This document shows positions 1 through 8,533 of a stretch of 64,000 nt of DNA, one piece after another. The translations under genes and the position numbers were made by a program. The stretch lies in the sequence record MG752970.1; one strand, given 5' to 3'. How positions within the stretch are numbered: the stretch's first letter is position 1; the number at the start of each line of letters is the position of its first letter. The notes under the pieces were generated by a model. That model was given only the letters and a program-made list of their open reading frames with translations. It was not told where the DNA came from and did not search any database.

Positions 1-28
1 CCCGCCGCGATGATCAATAGTAAAGGTG

Positions 29-1888
29 TCATATTTCTGTTTTTAAATACTTCGCACGAATTTTATCGATTAGATGCGTGTTAAGCATTTTTAAAAATGC
101 ATTCGTATCTGCCACACTATTTACTGGCAAACACTTGGCCTTCGTCTTCATACATTCGTCATTTCCTCTTTCTAGCTCATCTCCAAGATATGTGATTTCT
201 GATGCATTTAATTTCAGAAATGACTCATCATATAGAGCCGATTGCTTGTCCAAACCTACACTTGAAATATCAATAGTGGTCCGACCTGTTATTCTAATTT
301 TTAAATGATCATACCACTCATAGCCTTGAAGTAGAAACTTTAGGCCTACCATGACTGATTGTCGATATTCAGGATCCAACGGTTTAATGGATACCATCGC
401 ATTGCCTCTAACTCTAATCTTGGCACTGTGAATTCCCAGTGATGCTATTTTTTGGACCAATACATCAATGACTTCGTCTTCAAGTAGAAGATGTGGATTT
501 AGACATTTCTTAAAACCAATTTCTTCTGTGTGTGCGATAAACGTAGACGGGTCATTTTTTCTGGTTCCTGAGTATTTGTTGACTCCGCCATCCGCAAAAA
601 TATCTACGTTATAAATGTGTTGATTGATGGCGCGGATAGTATTACCCGTGATAATGGCTGGGGCATCAAGACCCAATTCTCTAAGCTTCGTTGCAATCTC
701 ATCGAGCAATTTTAAATTGCTAGCACTTAATTCTGGATTGGAATTTCCACGAGCAACCAACGTGTCATCATAATCAAACGCGAATTTCTTTGATTCGATA
801 TAATCTTTATAGAAATCCAGCAGGATGGTTTTTGCCAACAAGTCTGGATCATGCGTTTTTGAAGATTCTAGATGCGACAATTGCGCCAAAATACTTCTGT
901 TACCCGGATACGTTTTTTGCATTTCTTCAGATGCATTGAGATTGTAAACGGTGGTTATATCTTCTACAGGGAGATATTTTCCTTTATCTAAAGTTTCCAT
1001 AACGTCATGAGATGATAGACCCTTCATGTCTCTATCAGGAACGTTGTTCATGACAAGATATTTTTTAGCTTTAGAAGTTTTTATTGCATGATACATTCCT
1101 TCTGTTACGTAAGTAGGTATCAGTGAAGACCATTGAGTTCCTGAAGAAAAAATAATCAGATCGGCATAATGAATAGCCGTCGCCGCTTCTTCACTGATGC
1201 GCGGGCATTTAGCGTCACCATTCACGTCTTCAAAAAAGATTGTGTCAATTGGATCATCAATGCTGTCCCATGCTACGATGTCTTCTTCATCACGTAGAAT
1301 ATGTCGCGATTTTGTAACTGCTTTAAGAAATAGACTTTCGTCAGAATTTCCAATAACCCTATCTTCTGGAATACCAATCAATTTTGCCATGATCTTACCG
1401 GCTGCAAATAGTGAATTTCCATTCATGGCAGCAATAGCCGCATAAATGATATTTGCAACAGAGAAATCGGCGTAATCGACACTTAATGCAATTGCTTGCG
1501 CAAAATAATATCTGGTGGCAGTTAGCAGTAATTCAGTTTTGTCAGCATCTAAACCCAGATTTTTAATTCGTTCTGTCATCCATGGCTCAACTTCCACTGC
1601 CGCCATGGTGATGCGTTTATTTAGAAATTTTTCTAATTCTTTTCCGCCACTGAATGTGTCATATGATCCAATGATATCCGCATACGTGGATTGATTTTTA
1701 CGAAGATCGGATGGTCCTAAAATGTTACCATTGAACACCTGGCGAACCACGCCTGTTGACAGACCATTGTCATAATAATTTGCCAACACTTGGATTTTAT
1801 GCTGATTTAAGCTGCCGCCCAACACGGCATGCAGACCCTTTTGTAGGGCAATTGATCCGGTTCCGCCGGAAAAGATGACGATATTCAT
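29..1888 (-). CDS. Fusion: N-terminal YvcK/GlmR-CofD family domain + C-terminal HAD subclass IIB (phosphomannomutase-like) domain
   Basis: N-terminal IVIFSGGTGS...DNGLSTG...PSDLRKN and FSSGTQWSSLIPT motifs of YvcK/CofD; C-terminal DYDDTL (HAD motif I), ITGN, TGRTTIDI..GLDK and YLGDELERGND resembling PMM-type HAD IIB. Confidence 0.7.
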   Translation of the reverse strand: MNIVIFSGGTGSIALQKGLHAVLGGSLNQHKIQVLANYYDNGLSTGVVRQVFNGNILGPSDLRKNQSTYADIIGSYDTFSGGKELEKFLNKRITMAAVEVEPWMTERIKNLGLDADKTELLLTATRYYFAQAIALSVDYADFSVANIIYAAIAAMNGNSLFAAGKIMAKLIGIPEDRVIGNSDESLFLKAVTKSRHILRDEEDIVAWDSIDDPIDTIFFEDVNGDAKCPRISEEAATAIHYADLIIFSSGTQWSSLIPTYVTEGMYHAIKTSKAKKYLVMNNVPDRDMKGLSSHDVMETLDKGKYLPVEDITTVYNLNASEEMQKTYPGNRSILAQLSHLESSKTHDPDLLAKTILLDFYKDYIESKKFAFDYDDTLVARGNSNPELSASNLKLLDEIATKLRELGLDAPAIITGNTIRAINQHIYNVDIFADGGVNKYSGTRKNDPSTFIAHTEEIGFKKCLNPHLLLEDEVIDVLVQKIASLGIHSAKIRVRGNAMVSIKPLDPEYRQSVMVGLKFLLQGYEWYDHLKIRITGRTTIDISSVGLDKQSALYDESFLKLNASEITYLGDELERGNDECMKTKAKCLPVNSVADTNAFLKMLNTHLIDKIRAKYLKTEI

Positions 1889-1889
1889 T

Positions 1890-3020
1890 TTATTCCTTGA
1901 TGAGTTTTACTAGACCTTCACAATATTCTTTGATGTCTAGTTTGGTGTGCTGCGTCTGAAGATCCACTATTTGTTTCGCAAATTCTGGATCATTCTTAAG
2001 CTGTGTGACCCTATTTACGACATCATCGCGGGTTGATACGTATAGGAAATTAGATAGAATATCATTTCCGCCGTATACTCTCTTTTTGTGATCCAATCTT
2101 GAATCAATGAACGTGACGCATCCTGCAAGAATAGATTCGTAAATTCGCTGATTCAGCATTTCGAATTTTTCGTATGCTTCATCTCCAATGACCACATGCG
2201 ATAGTGCTTTCTGCATTTTCAGGATCATTTCGTCGTATTTCACTGCAGCACCATACGTAGGATGCCTTAAATCTCCTACTAACTTTGGAGTAAAATCTTC
2301 GGCTTTAATTTTGCCAAATAGCTCAACATTAATAGAATCTGGTAAACCGAAATAGAATTTGATTAGATTTTTTTCTCTTCGGCCGGAGCGCATCGTGCCA
2401 CCATACGACAAATCAAATTCCTTCTGTGATTCAATTAGCGTATTTGGAACTGGGAACATGAGCGGAAATTTTTCAAATGCATACTGCTTGAAATCCTTGA
2501 TACGAATTCCAGTTTTATCGAAAGCAGTTTTTACATGATCCAAATTGTAGCTTTGAGAAATTACCGTGATATCTTCGCGAGTGATTTCAATGTTCTTGCG
2601 TTCATAATCATTCGCCCAGGGTTTCTTCTCGATAGTCGGCCAAGCCTGTTTAAGCGTGAGATTGGGATCACAGTAGAGGTAAAAGACTTTACCTTTGAAG
2701 TTGTTGATAATGTCATAAATGATTGTTTGTGTTGGGTCATCGAGTCCACCGAAATAATTGATGTTCCCATTGATAATGCATAATGCGTCATAATCTTGTG
2801 CATTTACGTCTTTATATTCGTCACCAATTTGGTGCATGATTAATCCGGGAGTTGGATTAAATGATTCTTTAGCTAATACTTTGGTGTAGGCATGAACCTC
2901 AGCACCAGCACCTAACAGCATGTTAATGAGCGAACGTGCCTCACCATTGCCGCCAGACGTGTCACGAGTTCCCCACGCGATGCGCGCACCCAGTTTAACT
3001 ACAGCGATTTTTGTTGTCAT
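1890..3020 (-). CDS. bgt: DNA beta-glucosyltransferase (T4 BGT homolog)
   Basis: Colinear similarity to T4 BGT: KIAVVKLG, INGNINYFGG, YLYCD (catalytic Asp), YGGTMRSGRREK, VIGD, RIYE. Start moved from 3218 to the ATG at 3020, downstream of a TATAAATA motif. Confidence 0.85.
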   Translation of the reverse strand: MTTKIAVVKLGARIAWGTRDTSGGNGEARSLINMLLGAGAEVHAYTKVLAKESFNPTPGLIMHQIGDEYKDVNAQDYDALCIINGNINYFGGLDDPTQTIIYDIINNFKGKVFYLYCDPNLTLKQAWPTIEKKPWANDYERKNIEITREDITVISQSYNLDHVKTAFDKTGIRIKDFKQYAFEKFPLMFPVPNTLIESQKEFDLSYGGTMRSGRREKNLIKFYFGLPDSINVELFGKIKAEDFTPKLVGDLRHPTYGAAVKYDEMILKMQKALSHVVIGDEAYEKFEMLNQRIYESILAGCVTFIDSRLDHKKRVYGGNDILSNFLYVSTRDDVVNRVTQLKNDPEFAKQIVDLQTQHTKLDIKEYCEGLVKLIKE

Positions 3021-3064
3021 TTTGTAAACCTTGAAAAATAGACCCGAATGATTGGCCTCGGGTC

Positions 3065-3072
3065 TATTTATA
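3065..3072 (-). promoter_or_regulatory. T4-type late promoter TATAAATA upstream of bgt
   Basis: Exact TATAAATA on the minus strand 45 nt before the ATG. Confidence 0.6.
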
Positions 3073-3078
3073 TGAGAA

Positions 3079-3714
3079 TTAAAGAACTGATTGCTTATCT
3101 TTGGCGCGCTTGATCCATTCGTCTCTTTCTTCAAGAGACAATTCTGACCATGGCGCGAATAGATTGCAATGTAGAGTCGGGTGATTTGCGGCGTGATGCT
3201 CGTACAGATCCTGAGCAAATTTCATGAGATTTGGATGAACATCCTCCATCAATATTTGACGATTAGACTCTTCTTTCTTTTCATTTGTCTTTTTGCCAAT
3301 TGGTATTTTGATACCAGCTGCGTCAACGTCATTTTTGATTTTGATGATAATACTCAAAATGCCATTTTCTAGATTAGCCTGAGTTACTTGAGAATTAAGC
3401 GCTAGAGGAATCACCTTGGTGAACGCACGCGTAGCTATTCCTTTATGGATATATGCATCATGTGTGCTTTCATCTTGGGCTGCAGTTTGCAATCCACTAA
3501 CAATTAAATTTCCGTCTCTCACCGTGACTGTGAGATTTTCTTCAGAATAACCGGCAACGGCGAAACACACCACGTATTCCGATTCATTTAGTCTGAGAAT
3601 GTCGTACGGTGGAAAATTACTTGTCAAAAGCTGTGTTGGATGAATGTCCAATAGACGTTCAAGTCCTACTGACATTTTTGATGCTTCGCGAAGAAGCGAG
3701 ACTAGTTCATTCAT
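3079..3714 (-). CDS. Small heat-shock protein (Hsp20/IbpA-like) with C-terminal extension
   Basis: NFPPYDI, FAVAGYS, YIHKGIATRAF, ANLENGILSI alpha-crystallin motifs. Confidence 0.85.
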   Translation of the reverse strand: MNELVSLLREASKMSVGLERLLDIHPTQLLTSNFPPYDILRLNESEYVVCFAVAGYSEENLTVTVRDGNLIVSGLQTAAQDESTHDAYIHKGIATRAFTKVIPLALNSQVTQANLENGILSIIIKIKNDVDAAGIKIPIGKKTNEKKEESNRQILMEDVHPNLMKFAQDLYEHHAANHPTLHCNLFAPWSELSLEERDEWIKRAKDKQSVL

Positions 3715-3809
3715 GATATTCTCCTTTATTAAGCAAGAAATGTTGTTGTACCCATAAGGCGTACTTCTTATTTACTGCCCGGAGAATATCATGAATGCTG
3801 ATTATTTTG

Positions 3810-5141
3810 TTACCAACCGTGAGCCTCAGCTAAATCTTTCTTTAGAGTCTCAAGGGCTTCACCCCAATTGCCATCGACGCCTTGTCTATACTGATGATGA
3901 TCCCACCACACTGATTTTTCTTTTCCAAATCTCCATTCTAGTGGTGTAGTTACTAGCATACGACCACGCTTATCCAGCATGTCGAACAGATGGAAATTGG
4001 TATTAGCCACCCCAACATAATCATCCAATTTAGTGAGGGCATTTGGCATCGCGGTGACCATATTTTCATGGTCATTTAGGTGTGAATAATCAACAACGGG
4101 CAATTTTGTTGCAGCTTGAATAGCTCTAATTTCTTCTGGATTTGGATCTCGTTGCAATATAACGATGGTTCCCTTTTTAATAGTGGAAGCCAATTCAACT
4201 GGATCTATTTCTCTATTGAATGCTCCATCATTTCCCGTTCCAGCGCGCCATGTGAGACCGATGACTGGGCCATCCATTTGATCGATTTCGTGTTTCTTTC
4301 CTAATTTAGGACGAACAAATTTAAGGCTCTCTGGTACATCCGTTCTTCCTAGCATATATGGAACATCACCTACTAGGACCGGAGTGACCTGGGCCTCACC
4401 AGCGTATATATCGAAGCCACAGTGTATGTTAAGGATCTCATCAACAACTGGGTGCATGTTAAGGAGTATCTTAGCACCTCTAGCTTGCAGATCTGGAAGG
4501 TATCTTGCAAGCATCAACATGTCACCTATGCCCTGTTCACCTAAAATTCTAAGAGTTACGCCATCCAAATCGTGTGCAGTAGGAATGGTGGTGTAATGTC
4601 TTTCTGTTGTTCGGTGGATGTAGTTATTGAAACCATTCAGGAAATCACCCAATAGAAGCTGCAAGTTACAAAGAATTCTCTTTATAGTGCGGCTGTCTGG
4701 TTTCAAATATGCAGCCTTCTTAGTATACGTTAATGCATGTTCGTATTTTCCAGTTTGTTGGAAATAACCACCAAGATTAAAGTAAGCATCTGCCAAAATA
4801 TCCTTAGGACCATTCATTTCCAGAGTTGGCATGATTTTTTGGTAAACATTTTTAGCTTTCTCAAGATGTCCATGCTTTTGATACAGAGCTCCTATTAGAA
4901 GAGCATCCGCAATGTTCCCCGTGATGTGCAGCTTCTTATTAAGAGAAGAAACTGCTGCGTCAATTTGTCCCAAAAATTCATAGCACAAAGCCGCGCCATG
5001 ATAGGCAACAGCTTGTTCTGATGGTAAATTGGAATTACCTATGTAATTCTGAATTAATTGTAGAGAATGTTTTATCGTATCTTCGTCATTAGCAAGAATA
5101 GCATTTTGTATGCTTTTTACGATATCTCCAAGGTTAAACAT
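3810..5141 (-). CDS. TPR-repeat protein with C-terminal GT-B glycosyltransferase domain
   Basis: TPR helices (AYFNLGGYFQQTGKYEHAL); EQGIGDMLMLARYLP and IGLTWRAG motifs typical of TPR-GT9-like proteins. Confidence 0.65.
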   Translation of the reverse strand: MFNLGDIVKSIQNAILANDEDTIKHSLQLIQNYIGNSNLPSEQAVAYHGAALCYEFLGQIDAAVSSLNKKLHITGNIADALLIGALYQKHGHLEKAKNVYQKIMPTLEMNGPKDILADAYFNLGGYFQQTGKYEHALTYTKKAAYLKPDSRTIKRILCNLQLLLGDFLNGFNNYIHRTTERHYTTIPTAHDLDGVTLRILGEQGIGDMLMLARYLPDLQARGAKILLNMHPVVDEILNIHCGFDIYAGEAQVTPVLVGDVPYMLGRTDVPESLKFVRPKLGKKHEIDQMDGPVIGLTWRAGTGNDGAFNREIDPVELASTIKKGTIVILQRDPNPEEIRAIQAATKLPVVDYSHLNDHENMVTAMPNALTKLDDYVGVANTNFHLFDMLDKRGRMLVTTPLEWRFGKEKSVWWDHHQYRQGVDGNWGEALETLKKDLAEAHGW

Positions 5142-5956
5142 TTAGCACTTCCTCCGGCCTTCATGAATTCTGTTAGTGGTACTCTGTGGATTTTATATCC
5201 TCGTGCATTCAGCTTATGTTCATCTTCTTTCGACATATCGTTCACGATGATGTCGGTGCCGATTGAGATAGCATTACAACCGAACGCGTCTGCTGTTTCT
5301 TTATTTACACACAGAATTTCATCAAGTCCATACGAATCTACGATAGATTCATATGACACTTCGTCAAATGCATCTCTATAGAGCATGACATGTCCATTAT
5401 CAAGTGGACAAAAACAGGTATCTAAGTGGTAGAAATTTGGATTTATCAGACGTAGAGGCTTGACAACAATCCCATAGTCAGAAAGAACCTCATATGCATA
5501 ATCTACGAATGATCTATCGGTGCGAAACCCGTAACCCATGAAGAGTAGATCATCAAGTGCATAAAGAGCGTCGCCAGCCCCTTCAAACTTCTTATCGTCC
5601 GGGGTGGCCAAACATGGTAGTTGAAGCTGACTAAATGCCTTCAAAAAATTTGCTTCTTCGCCCTGTCGCTCTGGATTGGCAAATTTACTAACTATTGCTT
5701 TATGTGATCCACCATGTTTTAGATTTTTCACGATGAGACCAGCATTTGCAGTAAAAACCTGATCTGGAAGACCTTCTTCTGGATCCATGAAGATAGCTGC
5801 ACTACCAAGCTCGTAAATTTTGGACACCAGTGAAGCAAATTGTTCACTTGCCAGTTCTCTGTTTACGGTACCAATCTTACCACTCATCCATGGGTTGATT
5901 ACATAATCGACACCAAAGAAATGGGGCTCACACATCAAGAAATTTTTGGTTTTCAT
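5117..5956 (-). CDS. Amidinotransferase / dimethylargininase (pentein) family
   Basis: VDYVINPWM, PDQVFTANAG, FEGAGD, YHLDT, KAGGSAKCLT (catalytic Cys-His-Asp). Confidence 0.8.
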   Translation of the reverse strand: MKTKNFLMCEPHFFGVDYVINPWMSGKIGTVNRELASEQFASLVSKIYELGSAAIFMDPEEGLPDQVFTANAGLIVKNLKHGGSHKAIVSKFANPERQGEEANFLKAFSQLQLPCLATPDDKKFEGAGDALYALDDLLFMGYGFRTDRSFVDYAYEVLSDYGIVVKPLRLINPNFYHLDTCFCPLDNGHVMLYRDAFDEVSYESIVDSYGLDEILCVNKETADAFGCNAISIGTDIIVNDMSKEDEHKLNARGYKIHRVPLTEFMKAGGSAKCLTLEIS

Positions 5957-6585
5957 TAGAATGATACCTTTTGGGTTCCAATTTTTAGACCATTTGAATA
6001 CACACCGACTACCGTATCAAGAATAGTTTCAAATGGAGCATAGAATCCATTTTTGGCTACGTCTATGATTAGCTTGTTCTGAATGCTAGACTTGGTGACA
6101 GCAGAAATAAAGTCTTCTTGTTCTTCTTCTTTCTTTGAAAAATCAAATGATTCGCCGTCATCCTGAATGAATGAGAAATCTGAAGTTGTAAGCAGAACTA
6201 GCAGCGTATTTGAGCAACAATTACGTGCAGGTCCTTTTAACCCAAACGAGATTGATGAATGGACGTCGGTATATTCCAAATCAAATACATAATTGCCAGA
6301 ATATCCACGGTATCTTGGTGCGTATACAACCTCTCCAATGTGAGAACGATTGCATATTACTTTGGCACTAGAATCAAGAATATCAAACATATTCTTGAAA
6401 GATTCCATCTGATAGTAATACAAAGGATTGAAATTGGGATTTTCCAAATTGGCGTAAACATCCAACCTCTTTGGTTTTTCAAAGTGCATAACTTGAAAGA
6501 AGCCACACTTGTTTTGGATTCCATTTATTAGCGAATCTTTACCAAGCCTATCGACGCCTTCAATGATGATCGATGTGTATGTCAT
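5956..6585 (-). CDS. dNMP kinase (thymidylate-kinase-like; candidate hmdCMP kinase)
   Basis: IIEGVDRLGKDS P-loop, CNRSHIGEVVY motif; same operon as the TS-fold gene. Confidence 0.7.
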   Translation of the reverse strand: MTYTSIIIEGVDRLGKDSLINGIQNKCGFFQVMHFEKPKRLDVYANLENPNFNPLYYYQMESFKNMFDILDSSAKVICNRSHIGEVVYAPRYRGYSGNYVFDLEYTDVHSSISFGLKGPARNCCSNTLLVLLTTSDFSFIQDDGESFDFSKKEEEQEDFISAVTKSSIQNKLIIDVAKNGFYAPFETILDTVVGVYSNGLKIGTQKVSF

Positions 6586-6890
6586 TTAATTATCTTTCTT
6601 GAATTGGTGATGGGATATCCCATGACAATGTACTGATTTATAAGCTCAGTTTCTGCCTGCAATGCTTCTTCTTCGGTATCATAAACACGAATTGTAGAAA
6701 TCATGGGTTTATGTCCATCTGCAACGATGCCCCGAATATAGTCATGTTTCGGGGTTGTATGTTTATCGGATCTTGATTCTGATAAATGCTTCAGTAATCT
6801 GTCCGATGTTTTCTGATATGTTTTGCCAACATAAAATATTTGTTGGTTTCTAGGATCTATCAGACTGTAGACCGTTGTTTGTCTCGTCAC
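6582..6890 (-). CDS. Small GIY-YIG nuclease-domain protein
   Basis: VYSLIDPRNQQIFYVGKT...RL..H...E..LI...N pattern. Confidence 0.6.
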   Translation of the reverse strand: MTRQTTVYSLIDPRNQQIFYVGKTYQKTSDRLLKHLSESRSDKHTTPKHDYIRGIVADGHKPMISTIRVYDTEEEALQAETELINQYIVMGYPITNSRKIIK

Positions 6891-6926
6891 TTCTTCCTCT
6901 TATTGCTTTTCTAGAAGAAGCGATTG

Positions 6927-7346
6927 TCAAATGTTGATTCGTTCGTAGGCAAAACCGTTTTCGGTTGTGTAGTACACGTGCTTAATTCCATGGCGTATGA
7001 TCGCTTCCATACACGCAGCACATGGCCTTGCCATTCCCAGAACTGTCTTCTTTTTCTCTTGCTTTTCTCTATAGATATAGATTGAGCAATTAGAAAGATC
7101 ACGATATCTTACTTTATTGATCGCGTCAATTTCAGCATGAATGCAATGGTCAACATCAACAGTGTCGAATTTTCGGTGAACATTGAATTCTTTTTGAAGT
7201 GTGTGGGTTTTAGTTTGATTGGTGCCGACACTGAGAACATTTCTGTTGCGCGCAATGACGGCACCCATCTGAACGTATTTGTAGTCAGACGTGTATGACA
7301 CGCTCTTGGCTACATCAAACAATCGCTTATCTTTTGTGCTAAACAT
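6927..7346 (-). CDS. Zn-dependent cytidine/dCMP deaminase-fold protein
   Basis: HAE...PCAAC zinc-binding motifs. Confidence 0.75.
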   Translation of the reverse strand: MFSTKDKRLFDVAKSVSYTSDYKYVQMGAVIARNRNVLSVGTNQTKTHTLQKEFNVHRKFDTVDVDHCIHAEIDAINKVRYRDLSNCSIYIYREKQEKKKTVLGMARPCAACMEAIIRHGIKHVYYTTENGFAYERINI

Positions 7347-7382
7347 AGTACAAATATTGTAATTCGTCTAGCATCCTATGAG

Positions 7383-7607
7383 TTAAAAGGTTGTGGGCTT
7401 AGCTATACTTCTAACCAATTCCATAAATCCAACTTGAAGATCGGTTCTTGCTTTTTCCAGCCAGCGTGTATCTACATCTGGAATTTTAGAAATATCATCA
7501 ACTAATTGACCAACTTCTTCTGCCTTTGTCTTTACCGTATTGATGAAATGCTGCTCTTCTTCTGTGAGCTGTCTGTAGCCCTTGATGTTAGCTGTAATTT
7601 CTGCCAT
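7383..7607 (-). CDS. acb2: Anti-CBASS cyclic-oligonucleotide sponge Acb2 (T4 Vs.4 family)
   Basis: IKGYRQLTEEE...RWLEKARTDLQVGFMELVRSIAKPTTF closely matches the Acb2 pattern IKGYRDLS...[27 protein letters not shown]. Confidence 0.85.
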   Translation of the reverse strand: MAEITANIKGYRQLTEEEQHFINTVKTKAEEVGQLVDDISKIPDVDTRWLEKARTDLQVGFMELVRSIAKPTTF

Positions 7608-8443
7608 TACTCTGCCTTTTCAAATTTGTTCAACCACTTGGTAAATTGGAATTCCTTTGGAATTTTCTTGAATTCACCAGCTCGGAGGAATCTTACTTCT
7701 TCTGGACCAGAAATTGCTGGAGCCTTAATGAAATCGAACTCACCTGTTTCTACAATCTCGTCAAGCATCTTGAAGTGCCGTTCATAGACATGGAATGAAT
7801 CTGCACTGTGATGATACTCACCAAGCTGTAGGTCTGGATAAAATTCCTTAAGAGCCATCGCAACCATTTCATGAGTGAAACTGAAGCAAGGTGCATCGTT
7901 GCCCATTCCAAAAATACCATCCTGTGAGCGCATGCGAACAGTCATGTTCAGTTTGTTGTCACGAATGCGGAAATTCAGACAGTAAGTACAAGGAACGTCC
8001 TTCGTGTCAGATTGAAGATGTTCTTTGCGGAGAATCATCATGGATGCACGACGAGAATCCTTGTCCTCTTTCAGAGTATTGACCACCGTATCAAACTGAT
8101 TATCATCACCAAAGAAAATGTATTGACCATAGTTTGAATTAATTGAACCATCCGAATTGATCAGACCTCCCCACATTGAAGCGTGCTCTACAATTGAACG
8201 ATCGAATTTGTCACCCTTCAGATACCACAGAAATTCTCTCTTGATGTAATCCAACTTTAGCTTTCGTGCGGCAAATGATGGAAAGCGAACATATGGGGGA
8301 AGAGTGTAGGCGTAGTTTTCAATTTCTAAAACTAGCTGTCCTCTTGGAGAGACTTGTTTACCCTTTGCTTTTACGTCCTTGAAAATCTTTAGGAAGGATT
8401 TTTTATGTAGGCCCTTCGAACCTAGATGTGAATACTTACTCAT
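7607..8443 (-). CDS. Thymidylate-synthase-fold enzyme, probable dCMP hydroxymethylase
   Basis: Catalytic DVPCT; MRSQDGIFGMGND has Asp at the specificity position like T4 gp42 (MRSNDVVFGFRND), not Asn as in ThyA. Start at 8443 follows an AAGGAG SD. Confidence 0.8.
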   Translation of the reverse strand: MSKYSHLGSKGLHKKSFLKIFKDVKAKGKQVSPRGQLVLEIENYAYTLPPYVRFPSFAARKLKLDYIKREFLWYLKGDKFDRSIVEHASMWGGLINSDGSINSNYGQYIFFGDDNQFDTVVNTLKEDKDSRRASMMILRKEHLQSDTKDVPCTYCLNFRIRDNKLNMTVRMRSQDGIFGMGNDAPCFSFTHEMVAMALKEFYPDLQLGEYHHSADSFHVYERHFKMLDEIVETGEFDFIKAPAISGPEEVRFLRAGEFKKIPKEFQFTKWLNKFEKAE

Positions 8444-8507
8444 GGTGTGCTCCTTCTGAATTACGTGATATTTACTGCATCCAGGAGCTAGCAACACTGA
8501 CAGAAAT

Positions 8508-8529
8508 AGAAAAGGACCCGAAGGTCCTT
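8508..8529 (-). terminator. Intrinsic terminator
   Basis: AAGGACC-CGAA-GGTCCTT hairpin followed by a T-run on the minus strand. Confidence 0.65.
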
Positions 8530-8533
8530 AAAT

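Noticed and set aside
3021-3218. N-terminal extension of bgt given in the ORF track
   Set aside because: It overlaps the Hsp20 gene; BGT similarity starts at MTTKIAVV (3020) and a TATAAATA motif lies inside the extension
6582-6890. Intron-encoded homing endonuclease
   Set aside because: The flanking genes are intact and abut it directly, leaving no room for an intron; it is free-standing at most
7607-8443. Canonical thymidylate synthase or dUMP hydroxymethylase
   Set aside because: The specificity residue is Asp rather than Asn, and a BGT homolog is nearby
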